Assembly (NCBI GenBank): GCA_050575255.1
Contig: JBNZDD010013718.1
Span: forward strand, 3,848,540-3,912,539
Reading direction: 5' to 3'
Source of the DNA: Harriotta raleighana
Lineage: Eukaryota
DNA: 64,000 nucleotides
Made by a program: the position numbers and the translations under genes. Below the pieces are notes generated by a model, which ran no database searches, was not told where the DNA came from, and worked only from the letters and a program-made list of their open reading frames with translations. Positions 1-12,468 of this stretch are shown in pieces. Position 1 is the first letter of the stretch. The number at the start of each line of letters is the position of its first letter.

Positions 1-1309
1 TAAACAAATAAAAATCCACTATGTTAAACAAAATAGATATCAGAGGGTACCTTTTGAAGAGTGATGGAAGTTACTATGGCTTAAACACTGTTTTCAAACA
101 GCACGCTTAAATACAGTACATTGTTTGCATTTATGTTATTCAAAGTGTTGTATCCATAACAGTTTCCTTTTAACTATGATGAAACAAGGGATTAAGATGC
201 ATTTACTATGTTTATATGGTTCACTATTTCCATTATGTTCACCCAATCGGCAAAAGGAACACAAGTTTACCTAATAGTTTGATAAAAAGAAATGTTTTCC
301 AAGCAGAAAATGAAATGAAAGCATTAATTTCATAACATTGATAGTTCCTTTCAATCAGAAATTTTTAATAGTGCTTTTCGGAAGGTGCACAGAAGAAGGT
401 TACTTTGAATAGCAAAATCGACAATAGAAATCGATCACCATCTAAAAGAGGCATTGTCCAAAAACCTTGAATGGATTTCCCCCCCCAGCTCCCCCTCTAA
501 ACACACGAAGGTTCACGAAAAGATGATTTCTTAAAAATCTATTTTCTTTGAAGGGCATGGTTCTATTTAAAAGTACACTGCAATCTGTTCAGTGCTGTCA
601 CCCTTTCGAGGTTCCATTTTGAATGTGCTAAATGTCTAGCAACAACAGTAACCATGATTTTATTTTTCATCGTGCAGAGATGTGACCTGCTACGCTTGAG
701 ATTATAATTCCTTACTTCACTTCCATTTCAACCATTTTATGCAGTGAAATAGAAATTAATATATAATCTTTACCACTTTTTCCAAAGATTTATTTTTCTT
801 TGTGTGTTCAGAATCAGAAGAAACACAATCCATGTTAAGGCCGGTTTTATGTAACATGTTTTTACAATCATAGGAGAATTGTGTGCACAAATCAAATTCA
901 CATTAAAATTTGATTGTGAAATGAGGGCAGTTTCATACAAGACACCCAAAAAAAACCTAAAGTTCAACTACCTGAATGTTACCATTTGTTTGAAATGAAA
1001 ACAATATTTATCACATCTTGCTCTTTGAGCTTTAAAACTTATGACCTTATTTTAGAAAAAAAAAATGGTTTCCAGTTCTATTCTGCTGCTGCTAAACAAT
1101 CCAAACCTATTTTGCAACTTCAAAATCTTGTATTTTACTTTTACAAAGTAAAGTATTTGGTTGAATATATGACAAGTGTATTATTTGTCAAAATTACACT
1201 TGTATAGCACCTTTCATATCACATCATCTTTTTTTTAAAAATTGCATCCTTCATCTCTTTCTCACTTAAAAGGTCTTTTATTCCAAAATGACTTTTCATT
1301 ATTACAATG

Positions 1310-1580
1310 ATCCTGGCATTTCATATAATCCTTTTCATGTCTTCTAGACATCTCAAAAGCGCATCACAGAACATACTGTAAAGTGAATTGATTGTATATT
1401 TATGGGCAAAACGTGACAGCCAATGTGCACAGCAGTGTCCCACAAACAGTCGTGGATTGAAATGACCAATTTATTATTGTTTTTTTTTCAACTGATTATT
1501 ATTAGGCATGTGGAGTAAGGAAACTTGCCCTGTTTGGATTAGAACTCAGGTCTCTCGCTTACTGAGCTACTGGACTCCAT
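1310..1580 (-). mobile_element. Near full-length tRNA-headed Deu-domain SINE (SacSINE1/AmnSINE1-like superfamily)
   Basis: Minus strand reads: decayed tRNA head (GGAGTCCAGTAGCTCAGT...GAGTTCTAATCC), then GCAAGTTTCCTTACTCCACATGCC, the Deu-type core GTTTGTGGGACACTGCTGTGCACATTGGCTG and an L2-like tail. The same modules recur many times in the window. Family named from recalled consensus. Confidence 0.75.
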
Positions 1581-2289
1581 TATGGTAGAGTTATGCTAAA
1601 TTTTGCCCAAGCACATTGCACAATTTTCATCATAGAATATTATCAAGCAATATTCTGAAATGGCTGCCTATTGAGCAATGCTCCAAACCTGTTGTAATAC
1701 ACCTCAAAAATCAAGTCTTTCTGGTCTCCCAATAGTATAAAAAGAAACAAAATTTGACCTGTAGTATAAACCTATTATTAATTGAGTTCTTTCATCACTG
1801 TTTCAAATCACTTTAAGGCATCTTTTGCAGATGAATGTCAAGTTAAAAATATCCCTACAGTAAGATTACTCTGGGTTAGTTTAAGAGTTAATGTTTTGTT
1901 CACATAATATTTGTGCTTTAACAATAGAGATAATACTCGTAATATATTTACTGTCATTGTCCGATGTTCCTTTGTCCCCCATGAAGGTACAGTTCAATTT
2001 ATTCTAAATCAAAAGGTATGGAATTGATTTGTGCTAGATCAGAAGCCACATTTCACTGTGAATGGAAACACTGTTACATTGTTCTCCATGTGTCCAGATT
2101 CAAAATACAGTACTGTAGTAATTTATGCTACTCTAAAAATGTAACAGACAAAAATCTAGCTTTCTTTGATAAAATCATTGCATTCAGTATTGTGCCTTTC
2201 ATGTCAGAAGGACTCCACAAAATTCAGTGTAAAGTGCAGTGACTGTGTATTTTGTGCAGCAGAGTTTTGAATTAATTGAATTCTGTGTA

Positions 2290-2680
2290 AATTGGAACAA
2301 TTGAGGCTGGAGGCAAGAAAAGTGTGGACGATAGTTTCTGCTCCACTGGGTATGAGGTACGGACGGAGGGAGTTAATGTGACATAGGTGGAGGAAAACTG
2401 CCCTGGTCAGGGACTGGATATGAGGTAGGAAGGACGGCTGGGGATTGAACCTGATGTCTGGATTACGTAGAGGTTCAGTAAATCTTAAGGATTAGCCATG
2501 GAGGTTGAGAAGGTCAGAGCCATGGGAGAAAATACATTGACAGGAGCCAAGGAGTGTAGCTTCCATCTTGTCCATGTTCATCTAGGCCTTGATGTCTGAC
2601 AAATAAGATGACAGAACATCAGCTAACCTGGAGTCAAAGCTGGAGGAGGAAAAGTAGATTTGGATGTCATCTGCATTCAT
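2290..2680 (-). mobile_element. Decayed L2 (LINE2) ORF2 reverse-transcriptase fragment
   Basis: Minus translation from ~2680 gives NADDIQIYFSSSSFDSRLADVLSSYLSDIKA*MNMDKMEATLLGS, a degenerate YADD catalytic motif plus the L2-type LSDIxxWM...KTE segment, with an in-frame stop. Confidence 0.85.
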
Positions 2681-3744
2681 TGAGAATCATGCGCAATAAA
2701 TGTTGTTGCATTTAAGATGATCTTTGTTTTTTATATACCCAATTCCAGTAACTCTTAAATTTTGGAGAGATTTGGTATTCAATTGTTTCATGTAAAGCTC
2801 TACATTACAGTACAATTTCCAAGTGAATGAAAGATTTACTAATTGAAAACAGCAAGCACTTTACATATGCTGCAACATGAAATGAGAGAAGGGATAATGC
2901 CATGGTAACAGACAATAACTGCTGTCAGTAGTTAATTGTGGTACATTTAGACTTGTACACCAGTGCAGCTTAACCTGATCTTGTTTCACTTAGAGCACAT
3001 TAGACTCAATCAGCTACTTGCTGCAGATTGCCATGACCAGTTGCCCAAAATCCACCTGTGGGTCACTTTGGAGATTTATCATTTAACACAAAAGAGTGTC
3101 ATTATCTATAGATTGTAATGGATAGATTGAAAGAGATTGCACTTCACATATATTATTATAAATGTGGATTATAGTAACTAATTGAGCCAGTCATCACCAC
3201 ATTTCAGCATGGATTGACAGAATACCAGTTTATCTTAACTTTAAAAGTTGAAATCTTTTTTGTTTGAATGGTCTTCAGGCCTAATTATTGTGAAAAAATC
3301 AGGAGTACTTATTCCAGTGGAGGTCAATAACAATTGACTGTTTATGACCACATTTTTGGCCGATATGATAACTATCTGATCATAAGTTATCTCCTCTCCT
3401 CTGCTCCCAGGAGAATAATGGATGGAAAGAGAGAATTACAGGTTTACAATCACATTGGGGCTTTGCATACATCATAAATCACAAAAAGGTCTTCTGAATC
3501 CAAAGATCATAATGATTTTTAATTACCCTTTACCTGGTATTTAAATACTGGAAAATACTCTTTCAGACATTGCAAATTCACCAGCTGACTTTGTGATGCT
3601 TTCAATCAGCTTCTGTAGATTCCTGTTTATTTAGCAGTCAGTAGGAGCCCAATTGTTAGTCAATTAACAGATTGCTTTCCAGGAGTAATAATCCTTTCCC
3701 CCCAAACCTCAGTCTACAACTGTTTATATGACAGTGCTATATGC

Positions 3745-4035
3745 ATTTGGTCGGCACATTTCACCCACAAAACACAGTCAATCCAGTTTACAATATTTTC
3801 TGTGAAGTGCTTTGAGACATCTCCTTGATGTCCACAAATATACAATCAATTTTTCCTACTTTCCTTCCCCCTCCCCACCCCACCCCCCCCCCCCACTCTG
3901 ATCCCTAATTGACTGTAAAGCGCTTTGGGACATCCTCCCGATGTGAAAGGTGCTATATAAATGTAATTTTGATTGATTGATTGATCCCAATGACATGAAA
4001 GATCCTATATCAAATGCAAATGGTTATTATGATTA
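3745..4035 (+). mobile_element. Nested SINE 3' fragments: younger (GATT)n-tailed copy inserted in an older SINE tail
   Basis: The older tail (...GTGAAGTGCTTTGAGACATCTCC) is interrupted by CCACAAATATACAATCAATTTTTCC...GGGACATCCTCCCGATGTGAAAGGTGCTATATAAATGTAATTTT(GATT)n and resumes GACATGAAAGATCCTATATCAAATGCAA. Confidence 0.75.
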
Positions 4036-4939
4036 TTCTCATTGTGAAGTCTTCTAGAAGATCATCACACCAATTTTGCTATTTCATAGCATGATTTAGA
4101 TTCCACAGCCCTCCACTGTGCACTAATTTGTTAAGGTTTCTGAAAACACTTCACACCATCTTTCCTTAAGTGTACTGCGATTTTCTCAGGCATTACAAAC
4201 TTACGAGCCAACTTAATTTCCCAGTCTCTTAAACTGGAAGTATGATCCTGTGGGGTATTCTCATTTGTAATTCTTGCGAAATCAGGCCACACAATCGAGT
4301 AAATACTTTCTAAAATTGATTTGGAAAAAAAAAGGCAACTATCCAGCTTGTTTCAATCTGAATTGGAAGCAGATTTTCATAACATCTTATCATCCCATCA
4401 CCAATAATATGCTTGGTGAAGGTTTGTGTTATGGTCTGAAAGCTAGATGGTGGTTCTCTTTTCAAATATCAATCATCCTCCCCTCCTTCCATATTGTAAA
4501 TTGACTGGAGTGGACAGACAATCATATACTGTCAGAGAATAAATACTTATCCTTAAAGGAAATCTGTCAGCACACTTTTAAAAATGACGCAGTTACTAGA
4601 ATTATAATTAGATTTAACATCCTTTTAGGTTTCTGTCAATCCTGTTGATGTTTGAAAACCAAGTAGTTTAACCAGTAAACTTGTTTTAACTAGATAAGTG
4701 GTACTGCCTGGGAATAATTAACCAAACTGATATAGTTTGGTTAAAGGTGGTTGAAGCAGCACCTGTACGCACATGGGTGAAACTACTGCAGTCAGCAAAT
4801 CCAGCTCAACTTTTGATGTGTGGTTCATATAAGAAAAATAGGCACATCAAACGAATCACTATTACACTGAGTGAGTAGAGCAAAATAAACTAAGTGGGCA
4901 TCAAACCAGGCCAGTAAACCCCCCCCCACCTTCCACACC

Positions 4940-5080
4940 TGCACAAATTAATGGCCGCATTCGCCTACAAAATACATGGTCACTCCACTTTACTGTATCT
5001 CATACCACACTTCTAGACATCCTCCGTACATGAAAGGAATTTGTATCAAATGCAAGATTTATTAATTGTCATTATTATTT
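4940..5080 (+). mobile_element. Deu-SINE 3' fragment
   Basis: TGCACAAATTAATGGCCGCATTCGCCTACAAAATAC...CATGAAAGGAATTTGTATCAAATGCAAGATT matches other copies in the window. Confidence 0.65.
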
Positions 5081-6169
5081 ATTTTGACCATCCTCAATGA
5101 AATCGCCACTTTCGGATGTTAAGCGCCTCAATTTCTTTTTCCTTCTATCTCACTTGTTTAATGTTTTTCTTTTACCTTTGTGCTCTGCTGACATTCAATA
5201 TCTCTTTAAAGAGCAATTTTATCAGTTCCATTTTCTTGGATACTGAAACTACTCTCCATATATCCTGAGTAATATCTAAAGCTAATCCTTTTTCTCTTAT
5301 TTTGCTCACTGACCATAAAACTAGCTTGCAACACCTAATCTTATTTTTTCTTTATATGTACCCACGCATATAATTTATAGCATATTCTATACAACTCCCC
5401 AAACCAAGGCGAATACCAAAGCAAAACTACTTACTGACATCCCTCACTATCGCTTTATTACCCATGATGGAGCAGGCTATAATAATATTGACAGCCCAGG
5501 CTTTGAACTAGCAAAGGATTTTTTTATATATATACATCAGTGTTGATTGTACCTTGATCTACTCAAAGATATTTGGAGCCCTGCAGTTGGTGTGATCTAA
5601 CATTCCTGGGCACTTTATGAATTTATCTACAAATTATAGGATTATTCATTTTGAGTTTGAAGATTTATCTGATCTTCCTTGTTTTGTGACTTTCATTCCA
5701 TGCTTGCTAATTGATGAACCTAAATGGATCAACGTGATATCCACATTAAAATTATTATTGTATCCTCATCCATGTAATCCTTCACATATTTAAACTAACA
5801 TCTGACTTCAGAACTATGTTCTACATTGTGAGACTAAAAGAGTTCAAGTGAACGGAAAATTTAAAGTACCTAACAATGTTCATTCTCTTTCTTCAGCTCA
5901 GTATTTCAAAATTGTGATAAGTGATGTGTTATTCCTGGTAATTACCAAATCAAGTGTCACATTTTTCAACCAATGTTGTATTTATTGTTGTCCACTATGA
6001 TCTTACACACTCAATGTTGTATATGTATTGTTTACCATGATTTTAGTGACATCTACAGTCAAAAAATTCATGCGACATTATTAATAATTGTCGAATTTTG
6101 GTTATGAATAGATTTCAAACCTCAAAGTATTCCTACTTTGTTTAGATTCCCTGAAACCCTTCTCTTTTG

Positions 6170-6270
6170 AAATAGTAGCATGGAAGCTTTTAGCATCCGC
6201 CTGGACAGGCAGATGGGACCTCAACTTGAAGTCTCATCTGAACGACAGCACTACCAGCACAAAGCTTAGG
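6170..6270 (-). mobile_element. Deu-SINE core fragment
   Basis: GCATGGAAGCTTTTAGCATCCGCCTGGACAGGCAGATGGGACCTCAACTTGAAGTCTCATCTGAACGACAGCAC is the reverse complement of the core seen at 53300-53480 and matches 49830-49910. Confidence 0.65.
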
Positions 6271-6299
6271 GCAGTCATTCAGTTTGGACTTTGGCTACG

Positions 6300-6378
6300 T
6301 AAGAACATAAGAATTAAGAGCAGGAGTAGGCCATTTGACCCTTCAAGCCTGCCACGCCATTCAATAAGATATTGACTA
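6300..6378 (-). mobile_element. CR1 LINE extreme 3' end
   Basis: TAAGAACATAAGAATTAAGAGCAGGAGTAGGCCATTTGACCCTTCAAGCCTGC is the reverse complement of a typical chondrichthyan CR1 terminus ending in a TTCTTATG octamer repeat. Confidence 0.8.
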
Positions 6379-7149
6379 AATTAAGCAGTCACATGCCACA
6401 AATCAGATAACATTGAAAGCATAATTTCATGTACACTTCTAGCATGAATTTAGCTCTTTCATAATTAGAGATTAGTATCTTTGTAGCCATAAGGCATCAA
6501 ATCCAAGCCCAGCCCTGAGCGCCACTGCAGCAAACAGTTTGCGTGAAGCATTTCTCTTGACAGATCACCAAATGAACATCACAAGTTGAATTAAGTCAAT
6601 TAGAAACACTAAAGGACTGAGAAAGAGATAATGAAGGGTTAAAATCTGCTATAACATACACTAATTTGCTCAATAATGAGATTGAATTTCACTTGCATTC
6701 GCAGTTGGATTCTTTGCATATCTAAAGGATAGCTATCGAGTAACTGTCAATACAAATATCAGTGAGAGGTACAGCTGCATTGTCAAATGTGAAGCAAGAC
6801 TACGTGCACATAAAATGCCTTTGAATTACTTTCAGCTCACATTTCCACTGGGTATTAAAGTAATGGTTTTACTAACACTCTGACTTGAATACATCAGAAG
6901 TAAAATAAACTCACTCCCCTTCATGCATATAAATGCAGGTGTCTTTCTGGCTCATGTTTAGAGACAAAAAATGCATAGCATCACAAAATTACAAAGATAT
7001 AGATGTTCCACACATGTTATGGATGACAATGGATTGTGGAATTGGGGTTGCCTAGGTGGATGGCCTATTTTATTTAATGTACAATTTTTACAGCACTTCC
7101 CATGGCGAACCAATGCAATCTTGGAAAAGTCAACATTTGGAAAGAGTTC

Positions 7150-7405
7150 CAAAGATTAGGAACATGGTTGCTGAAAGCCAGGCTAGCAATGGTGGTACGG
7201 AGAAGGGAAGTGGGTAGGGGGCTCCCAGTTGGGTGGAAGTGAAAAGCAGATGAGCGAGGCTGGAGAAGATCACAGGGATAGCAAAATACCCTGGATGTGT
7301 AGGAATTTATCAATAGAGGTGAGGACTTTGAAGTCAATCCACTGAGAAACAAAAAGACAGTGGAGCATGGAGCGAACTGGAATGATGGGATTGGATGCAG
7401 GATGA
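7150..7405 (-). mobile_element. Decayed L2 ORF2 C-terminal fragment
   Basis: Purine-rich plus strand; minus reads LHPIPS..RSMLHCLFVSQWIDFKVLTSIDKFL, resembling the L2 'L.SLHWLP...RI.FK.L' segment. Confidence 0.65.
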
Positions 7406-7829
7406 ATGTCAACCATGGATTTTTGGATCAATAGAATTAAGACCAAGACATTTAGGTTTCCCAATCTTATATAAACAGTTTTACACACATCATACATACA
7501 TAAATGAATACAGATTTTTAAGGATACAGTATATTATTTAATTGAAAAATTCCAGTGATATAGTCAATGTATGCATTTCAGAAAGCAATTTGTCTTCATT
7601 TTTACAAAGTGATGATAAATGTGATATCAATATGTTATATCTAGCCGTGATGCAATGGATACTGAATTTAGCAAATGCTAGATTACAGCAGGCTTGAAGA
7701 CAGGTAATATTACCTATATTTTATAAAAATATCAGGAAATAAATATCTTGTCTTAATGATGAAATCGCTAACTGTTTGTCTATATCTATTACTCTAATCT
7801 TGACGGAGTGTTCAGTTTCAGTGCTTCTT

Positions 7830-8130
7830 TGTGTTTCGTCCACAAATACACAGTCAGTTTTTCCTGTTCTCCTTCTCCCTACCCCGACCCCTCCCCTTGC
7901 CATCTTTCTCCCCTTTCTCTCCTAACCCCACTTCCATGACTGTTTGTGGGACACTGAAGTGCGCAATTTGGCTGCCACATTTTCGCCCACAAATATACAG
8001 TCAATTTTTCCTACTTTCCTTCCCCCAACCCCTCCCCCACTGCTCTGATCCCTACTTCACTCTACAGCGCCTTGGGACGTCCTCCCGATATGAAAGGCGC
8101 TATATAAATGTAATTTTGATTGATTGATTC
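7830..8130 (+). mobile_element. Two tandem SINE 3' fragments ending in L2-type tail + (GATT)n
   Basis: TTTCG(T/C)CCACAAATA(C/T)ACAGTCA(G/A)TTTTTCCT occurs twice (~7835, ~7981); ends GCGCCTTGGGACGTCCTCCCGATATGAAAGGCGCTATATAAATGTAATTTTGATTGATTGATT. Confidence 0.8.
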
Positions 8131-8584
8131 TTGCATTTACCCCTGCCTCACTTAGAATAAAGGAACTGTTAAAACTGAACAATTGAAACTTTTGTTCTTG
8201 AATTTAAGATAACAAATTCTCATTTATATCATGTGTGAATGTCACCTCCATAAAATATGAACATTTCATGGAAATTGCATCACATTCTAATTGCAGGAAT
8301 ATCTTTCCTTTGAAAAATCTTTTGATGAGAATTCTCATATATTCTAATGCCACATCGTATGACTTTGACCTCAGCCTTGCTCGGTCTCTAGCTGTGCCGG
8401 AATCAAAGCACAAAGGATAAAGTAAATCTCCAGCTGAGAGCTGGTAAAAGAGGTCATTTTGAAATTGACAAAGTTTTATATTTATTCGATCAATGTTTCA
8501 TACCGCTCAATACACGTAGGTTGATTTTCTGCAGGACACCATTTCATTAAAATAAATCGAGTAAGAGAACTGGACACAATGGGC

Positions 8585-8935
8585 TAGACATTGGACCTCA
8601 AATCCAGCTCAGACTGATGGAATGAAAGTCTCCTCTGATTATTGGCTGTAAACGTTTTACACGAATTAGGTTTGTTCAGTTTCAATCAAATTTCAGTCGT
8701 CTCGGAAACACAAGATTAACTTAATCTGGCAATCTTATTCTAAGAGGCCGCAGATTGGTGAGAAACGGTGAAATACCTTACTGATGGCACTTGAGATGCT
8801 TTTCTCTGGCTCGGGGCTGAGGCACGTTGCCAGAACAGAATAGAGGGAGCTTTGTTCTGTAGCTTAGCCTACCATGCCGGTCCTGGAAGTGGTCGATGCT
8901 CATAGTGGCTGCCAAAACTGGTACAGTGTTGAATT
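8585..8935 (+). mobile_element. LF-SINE-like ancient SINE relic
   Basis: Ordered blocks resembling the recalled LF-SINE consensus: CAAATCCAGCTCAGAC..GAAAGTC, TGGCTGT, AGAGGCCGCAGATTG, GGGCTGAGGCACGTTGCCAG, GAGGGAGCTTTGTTCTG, CCATGCCGGTCCTG. Confidence 0.6.
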
Positions 8936-11869
8936 TCTCCAGGACCAGGTCATTCCTGGTCTTTCACATAAAATTCATTAAATATTCAAGGACAGTGCAA
9001 CCTGCTTATCTAATCTGCTTTCCCAATGTCTGCAGAAATATAACGGTTAAAGTGCACACGGTGGACGCATTGTTCATCCTGCAATTGTATTTTGGAAATG
9101 TGATTCAAGGTTCCAACATTGACAAACTCTATGACGTAACAATGTGCCTCCCTCATCTTATTTAAAGTTCCTAATAATCTCCGAGGCCTTTAGGCATCAT
9201 ATTTAATTAACTTTATCTAATTCTTTGTGTAATTAGATTTTAATGCATGGGATAAACAGAATGCTTTTTAAAGCCACACGGGATTGCATTATATCCCACT
9301 CATGTTGTTGTCCAAAAACTCACTTATCAGATCAGCCCACTCCTGGATTGCGAATCATATCCTTTAGGTCTTAAAGCACACTGTCCAAACTCCTCATGTA
9401 ATTATTTTTTGAAAAAACTTTCACTTGACCTCTGTCAATGTGCTGATTTCATTGCTGCCTCAGGAGTTGGCCACTCCATTTCTTAATACAGTAGTAAGTT
9501 TAAAAATCTTGAAAAGAAGTTACAAATTGTTTGATGAATTGATCATTTTGGCTGACATAAATCTCAGCCACACCACATTTTTCCCCATTAAACTAAAGTA
9601 GACAGATCAAATACAGCAGACAATAGCACAACACTGGGAATGGATACATCAGATGGATGGAAGACATTCTAAGCTTTTCCCAGTGGACCGCATTGATGCA
9701 TAACTTGCAGTGATTTGTAATGTAAAAAAGCTAACCATTTTGCTTTAAGGCAATAGGAAGCTGGATAATGGCCAAAGTACTGTACATTTCTAAATAAATT
9801 TGCCCTAAGAGATTAAAAGAACAAGGTACAAACGCGAGTCATTTGTGACCTTTTGTATTGTGTCCAACAAATGTGCCACAAGATTGGATGGATTTTTTCA
9901 AGCTACTTAAAAAGTGAATTCAAATAATAAAATGAACCTAGTCCTTGTTAAGATCAAATGGGCAATTGCAGGGAGGAAGCAGCTCATTTTTCCTTAAGCA
10001 GTGGGCACACATGTGCAACCCTAGTAATACACACATCTGCACCACTGGTGGCTGATTGTGCATCCAAGTTAAAAATGGCAAACAGCTGTACACACAGCAC
10101 ACACTCAGTTTGGAATCGTGAATATTGATCATAGACAAGAGTTTTTTTCAGCCTTGTATTCCAGGGTTCTGTGTTCTACTCGGATGCCAGCTGGGTTACT
10201 AGGAATGTCTGTTTTAACAGTGTCAGATTAGTTTCCTGTCCCTGCTCTCCCAACCATCCAACTGTAGCTGCAGCAATAATAACAATTTCTCTTGCTCTGC
10301 CTACCATGCCAACTGTAACAGCTGTGCTTAATAAACTTGGTGCACAAGTTGTGCAAAAGGGGGAGGGCAGATTCTAGCACCCCACCATCCTCCCCAGGAT
10401 AGGTCTAAAAATAATTTAATTACCACTCGCCTTTGTAAAACTATCGCAAGTGTGATTCAAACTGCATACGAGCGCCAGCCATGGTTTCAACGAAATGAAT
10501 AATGATCTCATTTAGCTCATATGAGATTGGAGAAATTAATGCTAAAATGTCACAGGTATCCCATTGTAAAGCAGTATACATTCAAAGTTGTCAACGAATG
10601 ATTGATTGTAATTTGTTCTTTTACTCGCTTATAGTCAACAGAGGTTGACTGTTTTTGCCTTTGGCCTCCAGCCATCTACACTTCCTTTAGGGCTGAATTT
10701 ATTTCAACTACAGAAGGTGGCACTCTTATCAGTGATACCTACCTTTAGGCAGTTAAACTGATCATATTATTTCTGTCAAGACCAAAAGCTAATCTGAGCC
10801 GTAGAAAATCAAAAGGCAAATAGAGTTCAGAGCACAACAAAGAAGGCATAATGGCAATCGGAAACCTTTTCATTCACAATGCAAATATTTAATAAGGTCA
10901 TAGAAGATTCTCAGAAGAAACACAAGAGTATTTATATTAAATACAGTATATAACAGGAAGTAAACAGAAATTTGAAGAGACAACTTGGCAGAAACTCATA
11001 GGGGACACAATGAGTAAATCCTGAATTAAACACCTTCAATATCTTTAAAAACATGACGTGGGATTGCATGCATTAAGAGAAGATCTGGCATTTGCTCATT
11101 CCATACTTCTCTATGAGCTTACTAAAAGGTCAACAAAAACATAGGTTACGAGTTAGGGGTAACCAAATTTAAAAAGTTTAATCCATCAGAGTGGATTTCC
11201 TTAGGAAAACTCAGTCCTACTAATCAAAGGTAGCAACATAGTGTTTTGCAGAGCCTATATTTGTCCAGTGATTGTAGCCCAGTTTGGCAAGCTGCAAACC
11301 TATCTCGTCCTCTTGGATTCAGTCTAGTCCATAGTCATTAAGCCATTCAAAGTTGATCTAGTCTATGTCAATCCTTCACAATAGTTCAGAGATGTAGCTT
11401 GGCTCGGTTTCCTTCAAAATTATGACAGCAACACGAGCACAACAGCTATGAGCCACGTGGCCAAAAGAAAATGAGAACCATTTGTAGCTTTTATTTAACA
11501 TTTTGTTTTAATCAATCCAAAATAAATACATGGAATATTGTTGAAATGCTTCCCATGTCTTGTCTACACTTATTGAACTCTCTCTCAGATTGTGGGAACA
11601 GAATGCTATCCCTTGTGTAAAGAAAGGTTACTGTCCTTTGTTGAATTAAGAAATGCATCATAGTTGCTTTTCTCAACCTGTAGGTTACGACCCAAAATTG
11701 ACTCTCCAGCATGTGTCAAACGGTCTCAAGCAGATATGAGAATACATGGCATTTTGTGTTTTTTATTAAATGAATGAGTGCTATTCGTGCTCCACCAAGA
11801 GTTGCCACTTGACTTGTATTAATTGGCCTGGCCATTTTGTTTTATCATTTGTCCATATTTCACCTCCCT

Positions 11870-12125
11870 ACTAATCACTTTTACCACCAAATATCCAAAT
11901 GGCCACAGAATCCGCTTCCACTGCCCTCCAGGTCAAACTCCTCTTTAGGTTAATTATCCACAACATAAAATAGTTAAATGTTAACTATCTATTCACTCTC
12001 TCCTTTTCTGAGTTCGAACAACGACCTGTGGTTTTGAACTTCTCGATGATATCGAATAAGGTATGAGAGCTTGTCTATAAATCTTAGGATCTGAAAGATT
12101 TCAATAAGGTCACTTGTGAATCAAT
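11870..12125 (-). mobile_element. Highly decayed CR1-like 3' fragment
   Basis: GAATCCGCTTCCACTGCCCTCC and GATCTGAAAGATTTCAATAAGGTCAC resemble the reverse complement of the CR1 ORF2 end. Confidence 0.4.
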
Positions 12126-12468
12126 AAGAAAAAACAAGCACAACAACAAACCAATTTACAACCTCCAGGTTAGTTTTATGAATAAAGCATAACAGATTGG
12201 TTTATGTTTGTAGTTAGATCAATTGACTCACATTTTGTCAAGTGGACACACTTCATGAGCTAGTAGATAAAGGCACCACCAGTTCAAATGAACTGTACAG
12301 CCCAACAGGCCACAGGTTCAAGTCCTAGCTTGTTCTGAATTAAAGTACACGATAATAATCTTGCATTTGATATCACACCTACAACATCAAAACATCTCAA
12401 AGCAATCCACAGACAATTGCTGTAAAGTGAAATGACTGTATTTGATGGCAGATATTTGGATACAAGTA

